From Trichosphaerium sp. ATCC 40318 (taxonomy: Eukaryota; Protista; Tubulinea): 64,000 nucleotides of DNA. The stretch lies in assembly GCA_038496445.1 (NCBI GenBank), contig JALMLS010000585.1:310001-374000 (forward strand). The letters run 5' to 3'. This document shows, in pieces, positions 51,922 to 64,000 of the stretch; position 1 is the first letter of the stretch, and each line of letters opens with the position of its first letter. A program made the translations under genes and the position numbers. The notes under the pieces are model-generated. The model saw only the letters and a program-made list of their open reading frames with translations, made no database searches and had not been told where the DNA came from.

Positions 51922-54900
51922 TTACTGGCTCAAGCGTCTTACAACAACACGAAGAGCAGATTTTTGTTTATTCTCCACTGTAAGCATCATACGTGCTGTA
52001 ACAACAGGAGAACTACAGCTATAACTAGCAGAGGATCCATAACGCTGCATATCCTCTGTAATACGAACTTTTCTTGCAGAAACTTTAGCAGGAGATGTCA
52101 CCTTCTGAGACACCCTACTAGAAGTAATAACCCTAGTACCTCTAGGAGTAAGATTTCTTAATCTCATTTCATCCAGTTTAAGTAAGGGCCTTGTCTTAAC
52201 ACGACCATTAGGTGAAGCAAATTCAATAAACTTGATAAGATTTTTGCTTCCTAGCTCTTTATCAAAGCTAAGAGTATTAGACCACTTAGGGTCTCTTGCA
52301 TACTTAACACTATATCCACGTTGTTTTCTAGTAGCAATTTCATTAAGTTCTATAGGCAGATACATTGCTAATGCATCAACAACGTCATATTCAGATTTAC
52401 CAAAGTCAGAGCTATACCAACTCAAAACTTGAGGTAAAATAATCTATGCAACAACAAACATTAATAAAAACTTTTGTCAAACTTGTCTCGTAAATTCAAC
52501 TTTATGACATACCTCCCAAGCGCCTTTAGTATGCTCAAAGAAACGCACACCACTAAGAGTGCCTTTGCACGTATCACTTACTTTCTGTACAAGATCCTGC
52601 TCTCGATACAAAGATATCCTAGCAAACACAATCAGACAAAAAAAACGACTAAGTTTTAACATACTTTGGATAAGCGGAATATCCATTACTTAGTAACAAT
52701 GATAATCGAGGCTCAGGGTAGCTCAATCTGAAAGCTTTTCTTGGGTCTTTAGGCGCAAATGAAGTCTTAATTCTACCACAGATAATGCCAAGGCCGTCGA
52801 CATCTTCAGGATCCTCAAGCGGAGCCCGAAGCACACAATGTTCAATATTATTCAAGTTATATTGATAACCACCAATCTCATAGTTTGCTTGCACCTTAAA
52901 AATTATGGCAGAGACAAAAGTATATGGTATGCCGAACTGCATAAACACGTATTAATATAAATAAGCAAAATATGACAAATGCGTACAGTAACTAACGCGT
53001 GAAGAGTTAGAGTATGGTAAACGTTAAGCCAAAAGGCCAGTTTTTGAGCATCATTTTTAAGAAGTGTTAAGTCAACCTGTTCAAAAAAAAGTTAAGAACG
53101 TTGTAAGGTTTAATGTTGCTTACCTTTCTAAGCTCACTAGTAGCTACAGTGAACTTTTCAAATAGATGATGCTTTTCAATTCGTTTAAGGTTACGCCAAG
53201 AGATAGTACCATCACTGTTACAATCATTATACATTGCTGCTATGACTAAAAAAAGCAAGTTAACAAGCATCATTATTCTCTACTATCACGTGCTTTTTAG
53301 GATATTTTGGGATACTCTCAAAGGTTCGCGAGGTTCAGTTGACCATTTATCGTAGTTTAACTGAGCCACAGGATAAATATTCTACACGTTCAGCAATGAA
53401 AGTTAGTAGAGAAAAAAACAATAAACTATATTCCAAAATACTACCGTACCGGTACGCGATAGAGACATTTATCTCTGAAAACTGTCTTGTTCTTAACGCT
53501 TACTATGAAGTTCATGTCAAAGAGATAGGTGCAAAAGGCGACAGCATCTCGTTTGGACATATTCAAAAATAAGTTGTTTTGAACCCATGATAAACATTTA
53601 CTGCCTAAAACAAAAGTAAGCCAAACAATCAAAGCTCTAAACTTTTACCTGTGAAGTAGTCTTTATCTCTTTTTTTAACTAAACCATTTGCAGGATCTGC
53701 CATAATCTTAAGCAAACATGCTATCTCTTCATCTGAAAGTTCAGACGCCGGAATATCATTTGTGTATCCCAAAGGCGAATTTCTAACATTTCAGGTTTAG
53801 TTGCAATGAAATACCAAGGAACAAGAAGAGTGCAGTACGTACGTGAGAGGCTCAAGGAAGTTCATAGCTAAACTGGATGGCACAGTGTCACTAACACAAT
53901 CATTAGTATGTAATAGAGGCATTTATTTGCTTCGCACCGTTTTCGCAAGTAATGAATGATTTCTTCATTATATCGTAGCAAATGTGTAAAAATACGCTCT
54001 TGGTGATACCTAAAAAGCTACCATGAGAAAGACTTGGTATATAACTGCTACGAACCTATATACTACAGAAGGGAACGGAAAGCTTGTTACGGATACTTTG
54101 GGGCTTAGCACAGGAAGATCAAGAAGTTGTCCAGCAAAAATTGCTGCCTTTGTTGTACTCCACTGACAAAAACTTGTAATGGCGTCTTTGTTCGCTTTAC
54201 CAACGTTGCGTTCTAATGCCTTTCCTGTTGATGACATTTCTATTACATCCGCAAGGAAATCGAGACTTTTCTGCAGTTTTAGTGAAGGAGAAACTGAAAT
54301 AAATTAGCTTGTGAAAAATCTAACTGTTTTGTTGGCAGCTTACTTGCAACAAGTCCAAAAGTAGCCGGATCTCGTACACATGGAGCTATTAATTGCTCCA
54401 ATATAAAAGAAGCATGTGAGTGCTGTTTTTTAGTCAGCTGTGTCACGAGTGGTAAGACAACGTCAAGTTGTCCGCCTCGTCTAACAAACAAGCATTAGCC
54501 AAGGAAGGAAAAAAAAGAACTGTCTTCGTACGCATGTGCAGCAAATATAGCTTTAAACACCTTTTCGATAATATGTTTAGCCACTTCAATCATTTTAGGC
54601 ACTTGTCCATGTACGTGTGGATCGTCTATACGTTTAAGAGAGTTAGTACTTATCTCGCAAAACTCAAAGAAACTCACGCAGGTAATTTTGAAATTGTTGA
54701 GAACGCAAAAAGCGAGGGAATGCATCAAGCTCTATCATACTCATCGCACAGTCAAGGCCGTTTTGGAAGCTCTTTCTAAGTTCTTTACGTGCACCATCAA
54801 TCTTTTCTACTACTTGTAAGGTTGACCATTAACACACCAACGTACTGCCATTAGCCAAAGCAGATCTTAGCAAAGAAACATTCATCTCCAAATCATTTAT

Positions 54901-56679
54901 AATACTCTCGTGAATGTTGACTGGTTGTCCTTCAGAAGTGCTTTCTATGTACGTGCTACAACAAGGTTATTAATTATATTCGTGTGAGGATCGTAGCTGT
55001 ACGCACTCATAGAATTGGAACATAACTTCGTCTTGGTCTTCAGTCAAAGGTTTTTCAAAGAAAGCATTTAAGGCAAGTACAAACGAAAGGGTTTCGGCAC
55101 TCATATTCTCCAGCATAAACGCATCAAAATATTTACATAATACCACATCCTCCAATACATTATTTATAGTAATTTTAGACATCCATGATACCTAACAACC
55201 AATCAGCAAACACGAAGAAAAAATTAAAGAAAAGACTCTTTTTGGTTTTGTACATCAAAGTCTGGACATCTAATGAACAAATCTGTGAGAATGGGCGAAA
55301 GTACATGCGACAATGGGCTGTATAGAATTTTAATAGCATGGCACGATATACATCGCAACGGTAACCGAAAACGCTCTTTGTCAATGGGTGAGATTGTTCA
55401 AACATCCAAATACACAAACCTTTGTTAATGGTGATAACACGCTTCAAAAAGTCCGTCTTATCGGATGGAACCAAGAGAGAGAGTGACGTGATAAGACTGT
55501 CACGTTCCTCAAATAGATTAGCCACTATACTCCTGAACATGGTGCCTCTAAGTCCACCAAATTTCGCTAGAAGCTATAATAGATGGTTAGAACCAACAAT
55601 TGCACTATCACAGGTACATTGGAAAGTTTGTCGAATCTGTTGAGTTCCTACGTAGGCTATTAGACTCTTTTATACTTCTAAGACGCACAGATTGAGTATA
55701 AAATCTTATGCGAGCGACGAGAAATAATCCAACAGAGGTGTTGTTCTTTTTTAATTCCAAACGTTGCATTTGACCTTCGCTTTGGTCTTTTATTTTCACT
55801 TCAACTTCACCAAGTGTATCTCCGTTGAACATACGTCGCAATCCACAACGAAGTATTAAATGATCACTAGGATCCTTTACAGTCCTTGACAGAAAGGTTA
55901 GAGAGCACCAAAATGTAGTAGGACTTACAATTCTACATGTTGATTCCAAACGTTATTATTCGCATTTTTACATGCAACAGTTTTCTTCGGTTGATTCCCA
56001 AGAATAGCATGGCATACAACTCTCTTATTAAACGATTTTTTGGCTTGAAAACCCTCCAAATGACTTACTAATGAATACAATAAGTTATACATGATGCAGA
56101 ATAGCTTGTACGTACTCGTGATGTGGAGAGCTCCTTTTTTTCTGATTTTTGTCTAAAAAAGCAAAAAAAACGCGTTAGTATCGGAGTGTTTTGTGTGCGG
56201 AATTAATCAGAGCGTGTAATAAAAATAGGTTATATTACTGTAGATAAGTAAAGAAAATGTAAAAATGATCGGGTTTTCTGAATACCCGGTAGAGGTTCCG
56301 AAGACTGCTAAAAAAGACAACATTTTCAGTTGAAAAAAATCGGATTTCGAATAAAAAATTCTAGAACTCTACAAAAACTACATTTACTTCTTGTTACGTA
56401 CTAAAGCGATAAAGATAGACAAAGGTGAATCTACAAATTCCCCAGTAGATCCTTTATCTTGTGGTATTATCCATTTCTTTGTTATCATGGCTGTTGCTAA
56501 TAAAGTGGCTTTTGTTCTGCTGATATTATACTGCGAAGATAGCCAATCTATAGCTGCAGAACCTACATACGAAGTCAGACAAGAAGACTAACGCCTCTGT
56601 GGTGAACAAAAAAGACGGTAAAAACTGCGCTTCTTTTCTTTGGCGAAACGCAGTTTTTATCTCTGAGAGGTATTTTCAT
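51922..56679 (-). CDS. Multidomain signalling protein DEP–C2–RGS–DEP–DUF547 (5' end uncertain)
   Basis: DEP1 SYVGSAAIDWL...SRTKATLLA...EFVD (56400-56590); C2 GALHITISHLEG...VWNQHVEF...TLGEVEVKI; RGS NNVLEDVVLCKYFDAFMLENMSAETLSF...VNI; DEP2 FTGSKCLSWV...SKRDAVAFC...FRDKCLYR; DUF547 KLAFWLNVYH...YNLNNIEHCVLR...EPRL...WYSSDFG. Confidence 0.78.
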
Positions 56680-56803
56680 TATTCTGTAACGCATAGAAAA
56701 GGTGTATCAGAAAGAAAATCGTTTTAGGAAACGTGCTCAAACGTCGTTTTCTAAATTTGTTTCAAAAAAACATCGTTCAAACGCATTTATATGATGTATA
56801 TGA

Positions 56804-57868
56804 TCATCTAGATGGTATAAAAGTTTGTTTTAAAATTAACAAAACTAAATTTACAAAAAAAGATTTATGAGCACCTTTGAACGTTATTTCAGATGAATCT
56901 TCAACATCCAAGCGTTTAACGCCCGTTTCAATGTGAATGAATTGGGCGCGATGTGTTGGTTTCAAATACTTCTTGAACCGATTGTCACGCTTCGCCATTA
57001 CGTTGTACTAGTAAAGACAATACCAAGATTGTTTTGTAGAGTCGCAAAGTCAACAAAAGGTGCGTAGGGTGCTTTTTTTCGAAAAAACGAATAGCCCTTT
57101 AACCCAAATGGCAATCAATCGACATGTACCTCAACGGAAAAAACGGACTAAGCGCGGTAACTTTTGGTAGTTGACATTTTGTAAAAAGGCACTATTGAAC
57201 ACCTCCTTACGCGTCAAAATGCACATAACTATTGAAACTACTGTGATGTACGTCGAGTGTCAGCATTTAGCTAGAAGTTGTCCAGACGCATCAACGTTCT
57301 CCACAAAGCACAAAAAACCCTATTCACAGCGAACGCACGCAATTTAAGTAGACTTCGCGGTAAAACGACCTCAGACCGTCTATACTCGTATTCATGAACC
57401 AGACTATGGTAAAGCAGTTGTCTATGAGAACAGGTAGTCGAGTTAGTGTCGAATATTTCTTTTTCCATTTGTGCTACAGTCTTCGACAAGTCAATGCTCA
57501 ACCTCGCCTGTCCCACTCAACTACCAATGAACTCTACATGTCACGTACAGCAGTGACCTAAGGCCTTGTGAACCTGTAGACTTCGCGTGATATCCTGAGA
57601 TACAGCAAATCCGTGTTTGGGCAAAGCCTGGCTCAGCCGAGACAAATTGTGTCAATAATTACACTTTTGACAGTATCCTGGGTCAAAGGCTGTAACAATT
57701 ACTACCTGCCATGCGTTGGTGGTTGTGCCGATTGTTTGCGCAATGATTTAAAGCGAGTTGAGCGCTGAAATGAACAAACATGTGATCGTATTCGTCGTAC
57801 TCAGAAATAAAAAATGCTACAGATTCCACTCCGAACCAAACAATAGTGCGCAAAATGGAATTATTCAA
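56804..57868 (-). CDS. Possible hypothetical exons (separate gene or 5' extension of the DEP/RGS gene)
   Basis: Short minus-strand ORFs (56804-56998, 57271-57516) with splice-like flanks; no recognisable domain. Confidence 0.25.
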
Positions 57869-58005
57869 GTGTCTTTATTTGCGTTTCTCGGTTGATAAGG
57901 TACACGTTTACAAGTTAAGAGGTATTTAATTAGCCATGTACTAGATTATCAAATGGATGAACCGCAGGTAGGGGCCTCAGTTATTTTTTTAGTCAAACCT
58001 TACAA

Positions 58006-61000
58006 CTAAAGTGTTTTCGCAGTTTTTTTACACAATCCAACGCCATGTTTACTACGTAGCCAGTGATTGGCCTTATCAACAATCAAAGAATAAGAATCTT
58101 CAAGTTTTTTAAACTTATTTTTCAGAAGTTCAACCACAACAACAGTCACCCAAGTATCGCCTTGTGTTAAGATGTCAGTGATATAAACAGTAATAATAAA
58201 ACAAAAATTGACTATGGCACAAAATCGTACGCCTCGTGTTTTCAGGCTTGGCTGACATTAAGTCACTTTCAGAAAAGTTAAGAAGTTCGCATAATCTGTC
58301 AGACAGCTTCCAAAATCCAGATGCAGTTTGAAGGCTAACCAGCTCTTTAAAACGTATTTTTTTACTAGTATGAGGATATATGGTAATATGCTCTTCTTTT
58401 GAATACTCTCTCATTTCAAGGTTATGACTTGAGTACTCAAGATGCCAACAAAAATCCTTTGGACAAACAGAATCTAACAAATGTTTTGAATTGCCTACGT
58501 AAAACAAAATGAATACATAAATAGTTTTTTTCTGTACCTCTATTACCTTCGTTACAGCATCCCTAAAAGGTAATTGTTAGGATGAAGTAACTAGTAATAT
58601 TTCTTCTTACCGATGCTTGATGAGAAGGACCTCTTGGTGGTAGTAGGTTGATTCGAGGAGGAGTAGAAGCATATTGTCGTGTTTTTTTAATGCTTGATTT
58701 GATTTCGCTAGGGACATCAACATGTCCTCTACTGATAGAACCTACTGGTGATATTATCATTGCGCCTTCAGCGCGCTCTTTTAGTTCTTCTACAACGATA
58801 AACGATGCTTGGCTAGACATGATTCCGTAAGTTTTAGAAAGCGCAAGAACTTCACTTTCATCAATGCGCTGTAATTCTTCGCCCTCCCTTTGTTATATTA
58901 GTCTCAGAAGTGTAAACGTCCATACCTTATAAGATGCCTAGCAAGCATTTTATGTATGATATCATCACCTTTAACAATACTAGCTGTACTACAGTCTATA
59001 CACCACTTTAGAGTTTGACTTTTTGTCCTTACTTGAAGATCAAGTTTTTGGTTCAGCAAACTCTTCGTTGTGTCTTTGTTTATAACAATCAAACGTATTC
59101 TATCACCAATTTGAGCCCAAGATGGTTCAGAAGGTGCATAAGAAATATCAAAACCTTTGACTGTCGCTTCAACCTTGACTGTTGTAAGTACAAGGAAAAA
59201 CAAATTGCAAGAAGCAACCGAAGAAAAAAGGTAAAAAGGACAGTACCGACTCCCATGTTTCACTCAGTGCTTGTTTCAGTAATCGTATTGTTTTAACTCC
59301 TACATCATCTGCATTTGTAATACACTCAGAAGCACCCTAGAAATATTTAAACACGTGATTGAACAGATCTTTTGTTAAGTTTACGTTTCCAACTCTTCCG
59401 ATAGCACTAACATTTCCACGTGACACAGCATTACCAAAACCAAGAGCGTGTACTGTTGTATTTTTTGAACGGCAGGCTTTCTTGATAGCACTAAGGACTA
59501 AGGTAGGAATGAGTCACTAAACTAACAATGTATTGACTAACCTGATCTAGAATTGTTGACTTTACCATCAGTCAAAACAAATACTAAGCGCCTTCTTCCT
59601 TTGACAGGCTTTTTTTTTAATTCTCCTGATATTGAATCTGTCATATCTGTACCGCCAAGTTCTGATCTTAGCGAGAAGTTAGATTAGGATGTAAATGGCA
59701 TTCGCTTGTACCTTAAATTTTTAATGAAAGTGCTTGCTTTTTTTAAGTTTTTGTCATTGTATCTGACACTGTTTGGAAACAACCACACTCTCCTACATCC
59801 AAATCCGACAATATTAAAAAATGATCCAGGAGGGAGGCTATGAAGAAAGAGGAACAGTGATTCTTTTGTTAGTTTCGTATTAAAAGTCATGCTATTCGAT
59901 CTAGAGTACAAGTAAAAAACACGACAGCAGAAAATAAGTCAAAACGCACAAGTCAACAATAAACAAGAATTCTTCGCTCACTGTGCTATTCATTAATTCT
60001 TTACTGACATCAAATGAAACTAATAGAGCCTCTGTATTATTTTCTGAGTGCTTTGAAAGCCATAGTGTCCTTCCTGAGTCGTTAACCTTATTCATCTCGA
60101 ATTTAAAAACTATGTCTTCCGCGAGGATGATATCACTTGCCGCCAGGCTCACAGTACCTGAAATAATTAGCACAAAAATAGCATTACGTGTTTAAAAACA
60201 AAAATACTGTACCACGTGTTCTATCAACGTCCTTTTCGATGTTGGTTTTAACTGTGTAACCTTTGGTTGAAACTGATCTGAGAGACTTTGGCATATCGAA
60301 AGAAACAGATACAGTGAACCTATCTGTAGACTCGTTTCCATCGAGTAGTCCATCTACGTCGAAAATCACAAGTCAGCATCAAAAGTGATATAACAGAGCT
60401 TCTGTACCTTCAATGTTTCTTCTTCTATCACGTGGCGGCACTACTGATGCGGGAATAATAAACTCGGAGTTTGACATCTCAGTAAGGTATGTTAGTGAAA
60501 GAACAACAGTTTTCTTTGGCGGTAGATTGCCAACATGTGCAGTGAACATGTCGACCTAAATAAATTACTAAGCTGGCTAATATTACAGTGCAGCAACGCA
60601 CTGATTTTTGTTCTATCAAGTAAGCACTATCTCCCTGAGCTATGGCATCATCATATTGCTCACGAGCTTCTTCTTTTTCCTTTACAAAAAAAGTTGATAC
60701 TAGTTTCCTACTATGCTTATAGATACCTCAATCGTCCCTTTGAGTATTCTATCATCTGCGTACACTTTGAAATCACATACTGAAGATCGTTCATCCATAG
60801 GAAAAGCAAACATTGCTTCCAGAGGCCTTTTTTCTAAATGTTTGTGAGAAGCGAAAGCTAAACCAAATGTAATAGTACCAATGTTCACATATGTTTGTGT
60901 AATCGTCACTTTAGCAATAAAATCTATCACGTGTGCCTTTATGTCTATATTTAAAAGCGGTATAGCATAACCAAAAGGACCGACAAGCATGACAGACTAC

Positions 61001-61893
61001 ATAAAGATCAACATAAAAATTAAGAAAACAAAGTATGCAACCTTTTTTGGAATCTTGAACAAGGTTTGCATTGTGGTACTCTCACTGGTATCTACTGGTA
61101 CATTGATTCCAGCTAATCTCTCAGCCAATCCCGTAAATATCTGAGATACTTTAGGGTAACTCTTTGAGCTAGTCTCAGAGTAGTGCACAGTCGGGTAGTT
61201 TCTTGAACACCTGAAAATAACAATTGATAATAAATAATAACTTGTGTGTACCACTCAACAGCGTCTTTTGCTTCAACTTGTCTTTCAGATTCCGCATCTG
61301 TTTTATTACCTACAACAACAATAGGAATATCCGTTCCTGCTATATGTTGTATACTATCAATGCTACAAGATAGTACGTCAGTAAATTTAAAAATTTCAAA
61401 AGACTTTTGTGTACTGTGTTTTGACTGTTTTCCACGTGTTTTCGTTTGTAACATCAAAAACTACAATAGCAGCATCGCTGCCTCGATAGTATATTGGCGC
61501 CAAGCCTTAAGAGGTTATTAGAACGAAGATACAAGACTTTATGTCTTATTAGCGTACTTCTAAACCGTTCTTGCCCTGCTGTGTCCCTAAAATGGCAATT
61601 AACGAGCGTGTAACATAATTACGAGGGTTTTAGGTCAAAACGCGCATTACCATATTTGCAGTTCAACATCAATATCATCACCTAGTGTAAGACGCTTGGT
61701 GAAGTATGTTGCGGCTATTGTAGCTTCCGGCTTGTCGTAAAACTTTGCAGTTATGTACTGAACTACAATACTTGTTTTGCCTACTCTATTACAACGTCAG
61801 CGCTCCATTGCGTTCAAATCAGGCGCTATAACAAAGGAAATACCCAGCGTCTCCCACAACTATTATTTTGCTTTTTAACCTTGTTCGCTGCAT
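58006..61893 (-). CDS. Rab5/Rab21-like GTPase fused to a VIT + vWA (VWA5A/BCSC-1-like) module
   Basis: KIIVVGDAGVGKTS, TIAATYFTK, WDTAGQERF, LAPIYYRGS, GNKTD. A GT-AG intron at ~60997-61042 joins ...KIPKK|SVMLVGP... in frame to VIT (AKVTITQTYVN...LEAMFAFPMDE...EAREQYDDAIAQG...VGNLPP), vWA (FLFIVDLSNSM, FNIVGFG, LGGTDM, FVLTDG) and a VWA5A-like tail (LVSLQTASGFW). Confidence 0.85.
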
Positions 61894-62357
61894 ACCAGAG
61901 TACTCAATAGCGTGTTTTAATGTCACAATAAGCAAAAACTAACAGAAGCAACTTCTGACTTTTGACAAGAGTTTCGAAGCGAAAACTTTTCCGCAAGATC
62001 TTGGGGTTATTAGCCCCTTTGCTGGTTTGTAACTTCTCTAATTATTGGTGCTTGTAAAATTTTTCACAGTGCTAAAGTAGGTCACGTGATAATGAAACCA
62101 CAACGGATGCTTACGTACTCAACAAAAGTCAATTAAAATCTCACGTACATGCTTACTGAAATACGGACAACGAAAGGTGGGGGAAGCCTAGCAGCGTCAA
62201 TGTCCGCAATGAGCGTAGATTAACACGTCTTCTGAGCTTTCAGATCGCGAGGTATCACTAGAAGTGCATTTGTAAACAGATTTCTGAATTGTAAAAAAAC
62301 GAGATGACTGTAGCATTTAAAGCACTTTGTCTGCTGATATGTTTATTCGTGATTGAG

Positions 62358-63253
62358 TTACAAAGAGTCTAACATTGCCTTCATTCTATCACTTTGGATT
62401 ATCAATACTTGATGCATGACAATTGGAAGTTGACTGAGCTCCAAGACTTTCTTCATTTCGTCCATAACAAACTCTTTGTCATGAATCTTTCTTGCTTTTT
62501 TCAACATTCCACCAATTATCTTCTGAGCAGATTGAAGATCGTCCTTATCAAGCAATGCTTGTAATTCCGTAGAAGATGAAGCAATCTCGGCGACATATGA
62601 GTCATGCTTAGCTGTTAAACGCTACAGAAAAGTAAGAAAAAAAACAGATTTCAAAACGTACTTTTAAGGCCTCAGCTTTCTTCTTCTGCTGCTTTTCAGA
62701 AAGTTTAATTTCGTCAACCACAGATTCCATAGCTTTACAAAAAGCGTTCAAAGCTCCAACAGAACTCTTATTATCCTGGACATACTTCGCAATAGCAATG
62801 AAAATGATTACCTAGTGCGAAGTGTGAAAACCAACAAGTTTACAAAGTTTGAAGCCACACGTACACGTTGTTTGGTGTTGAACACATTTTGGACCTCTTC
62901 CATTGCTTGTTTCCTTCTAGATTCTATTTGCTATATTTTCATTAGCAAACAAGACCACATGTGAGAGTATTTAAACGTACATCACGAGCTTTGTCCAACG
63001 ACAATTTTCTTTTGCCCATCTTAACTTGCCAGCCGACTTTCTTAGCATCCACAATAGCTTTCATCTCTACATCACAAAGTTAGTACTAAGGTACAAGCGA
63101 AGAGATTTAACCTTCGACAAGCTTGAAAACTGCTGGTAGACGGTCAGTTACATCAGTTAAAACACTGCTCATGATAGATTTAATTTGTAGTTTTTGATCT
63201 TCCGTTACTTCGGCAGATGCCGCTACATCTTTTAATACTGTGATGATATCCAT
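62358..63253 (-). CDS. Hypothetical alpha-helical/coiled-coil protein (multi-exon)
   Basis: ATG at 63253 (MDIITVLKDVAASAEVTEDQK...); five exons with GT-AG introns splice through to ORF 62358-62555; no recognisable domain. Confidence 0.6.
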
Positions 63254-64000
63254 TGAAGTAATTGGTTGTTAAAGGAGCTGTTGCGATCTGTATTTGAGTA
63301 TTGAGATTATATTTGAACAAGGAACTTGTTTTCTTAAATTATTCTTCCGCTGGCTAAAATAATCTACCGGCTGAAGTTTTTATGGAAAATACCATCAATC
63401 GCAGTATATATACAGGCACGGGTTAAATATCCTTGATGGCAGGCAAAAAGAGTTACCATTACTCAAAACTACAAAACTGCAATATTTTTCTTCGGTTACG
63501 TGAAAATCCTTTGTTTGTTTTGTAAAGCGCTACAACCTAAAAAGCAAAACAAACAGGTGATTTAGGTTCGTGTGCATTAAATCAAAAGCGTGTTAGAGCC
63601 AGCGTACATCTAGTGTTTTCAAAGTCAGATAGAACCAACCACGTGGGTATTTATTCCAACAAACCTAGACGGATTCAAGCATTGGTAAAACAAAATTGTT
63701 GTGGGCAGTATTAAACTTGGTTGTCGTATAACCTGACTATGTTTTCTGCTATCGATTTGCTGTTAGACAAAAGGTTGCTTCAATTGTTTGCAAAACAATC
63801 AACGTCCATATGTTGTCGTGTTGTTCCTTAAAATTCCATGCTTTTAGTAAAACAGTGCCGCAGTGGTTCCTAGTTCTTCAGTTAACCGGCTTAATTCTCT
63901 ATGGCGCGTGTAATACACGCTCCTAGAAGCTAGAATTGTTTACAAAAAAACACGATCAACTCTAACCACGGACTATGTTGTTTTCAATCCGTTTAATACT

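Overview
AT-rich (~35% GC by eye), gene-dense eukaryotic genomic DNA with many short spliceosomal introns (mostly GTAnGT...AG, several GC-AG). The gene content (cAMP-receptor-like GPCR, ecm-type Cys repeats, Sib-like adhesin) suggests an amoebozoan-like protist; this is inference. I hand-spliced about 20 genes: a frameshifted LRR remnant, a cAR-like GPCR head-to-head with a G-alpha–BTB fusion, tRNA-Arg(TCG), a PIWI-clade Argonaute truncated at the start of its PIWI domain, an ankyrin–GAF–NAD-glutamate dehydrogenase fusion, a beta-helix/Cys-rich surface protein, an atypical Rab, three mosaic paralogues of a Pro/Thr-stalk membrane protein, an M12B metalloprotease with a CAP domain, an SH3-containing pseudogene, two homologous unknown small proteins, a DWY-type repeat protein, MAU2/Scc4, a vWA/Cys-rich adhesin, a DEP–C2–RGS–DEP–DUF547 protein and a Rab–VIT–vWA fusion. 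The highlights are (i) a candidate ~250-nt Pol III-type structured ncRNA at 39010-39263 with TATA box, closing helix, T6 terminator and a UAAACCCU telomere-template-like loop, (ii) several unusual domain fusions, (iii) the truncated Piwi abutting a tRNA, and (iv) strong CACGTG enrichment. All gene models and domain calls come from manual reading, not database searches; exon boundaries need RNA-seq confirmation.
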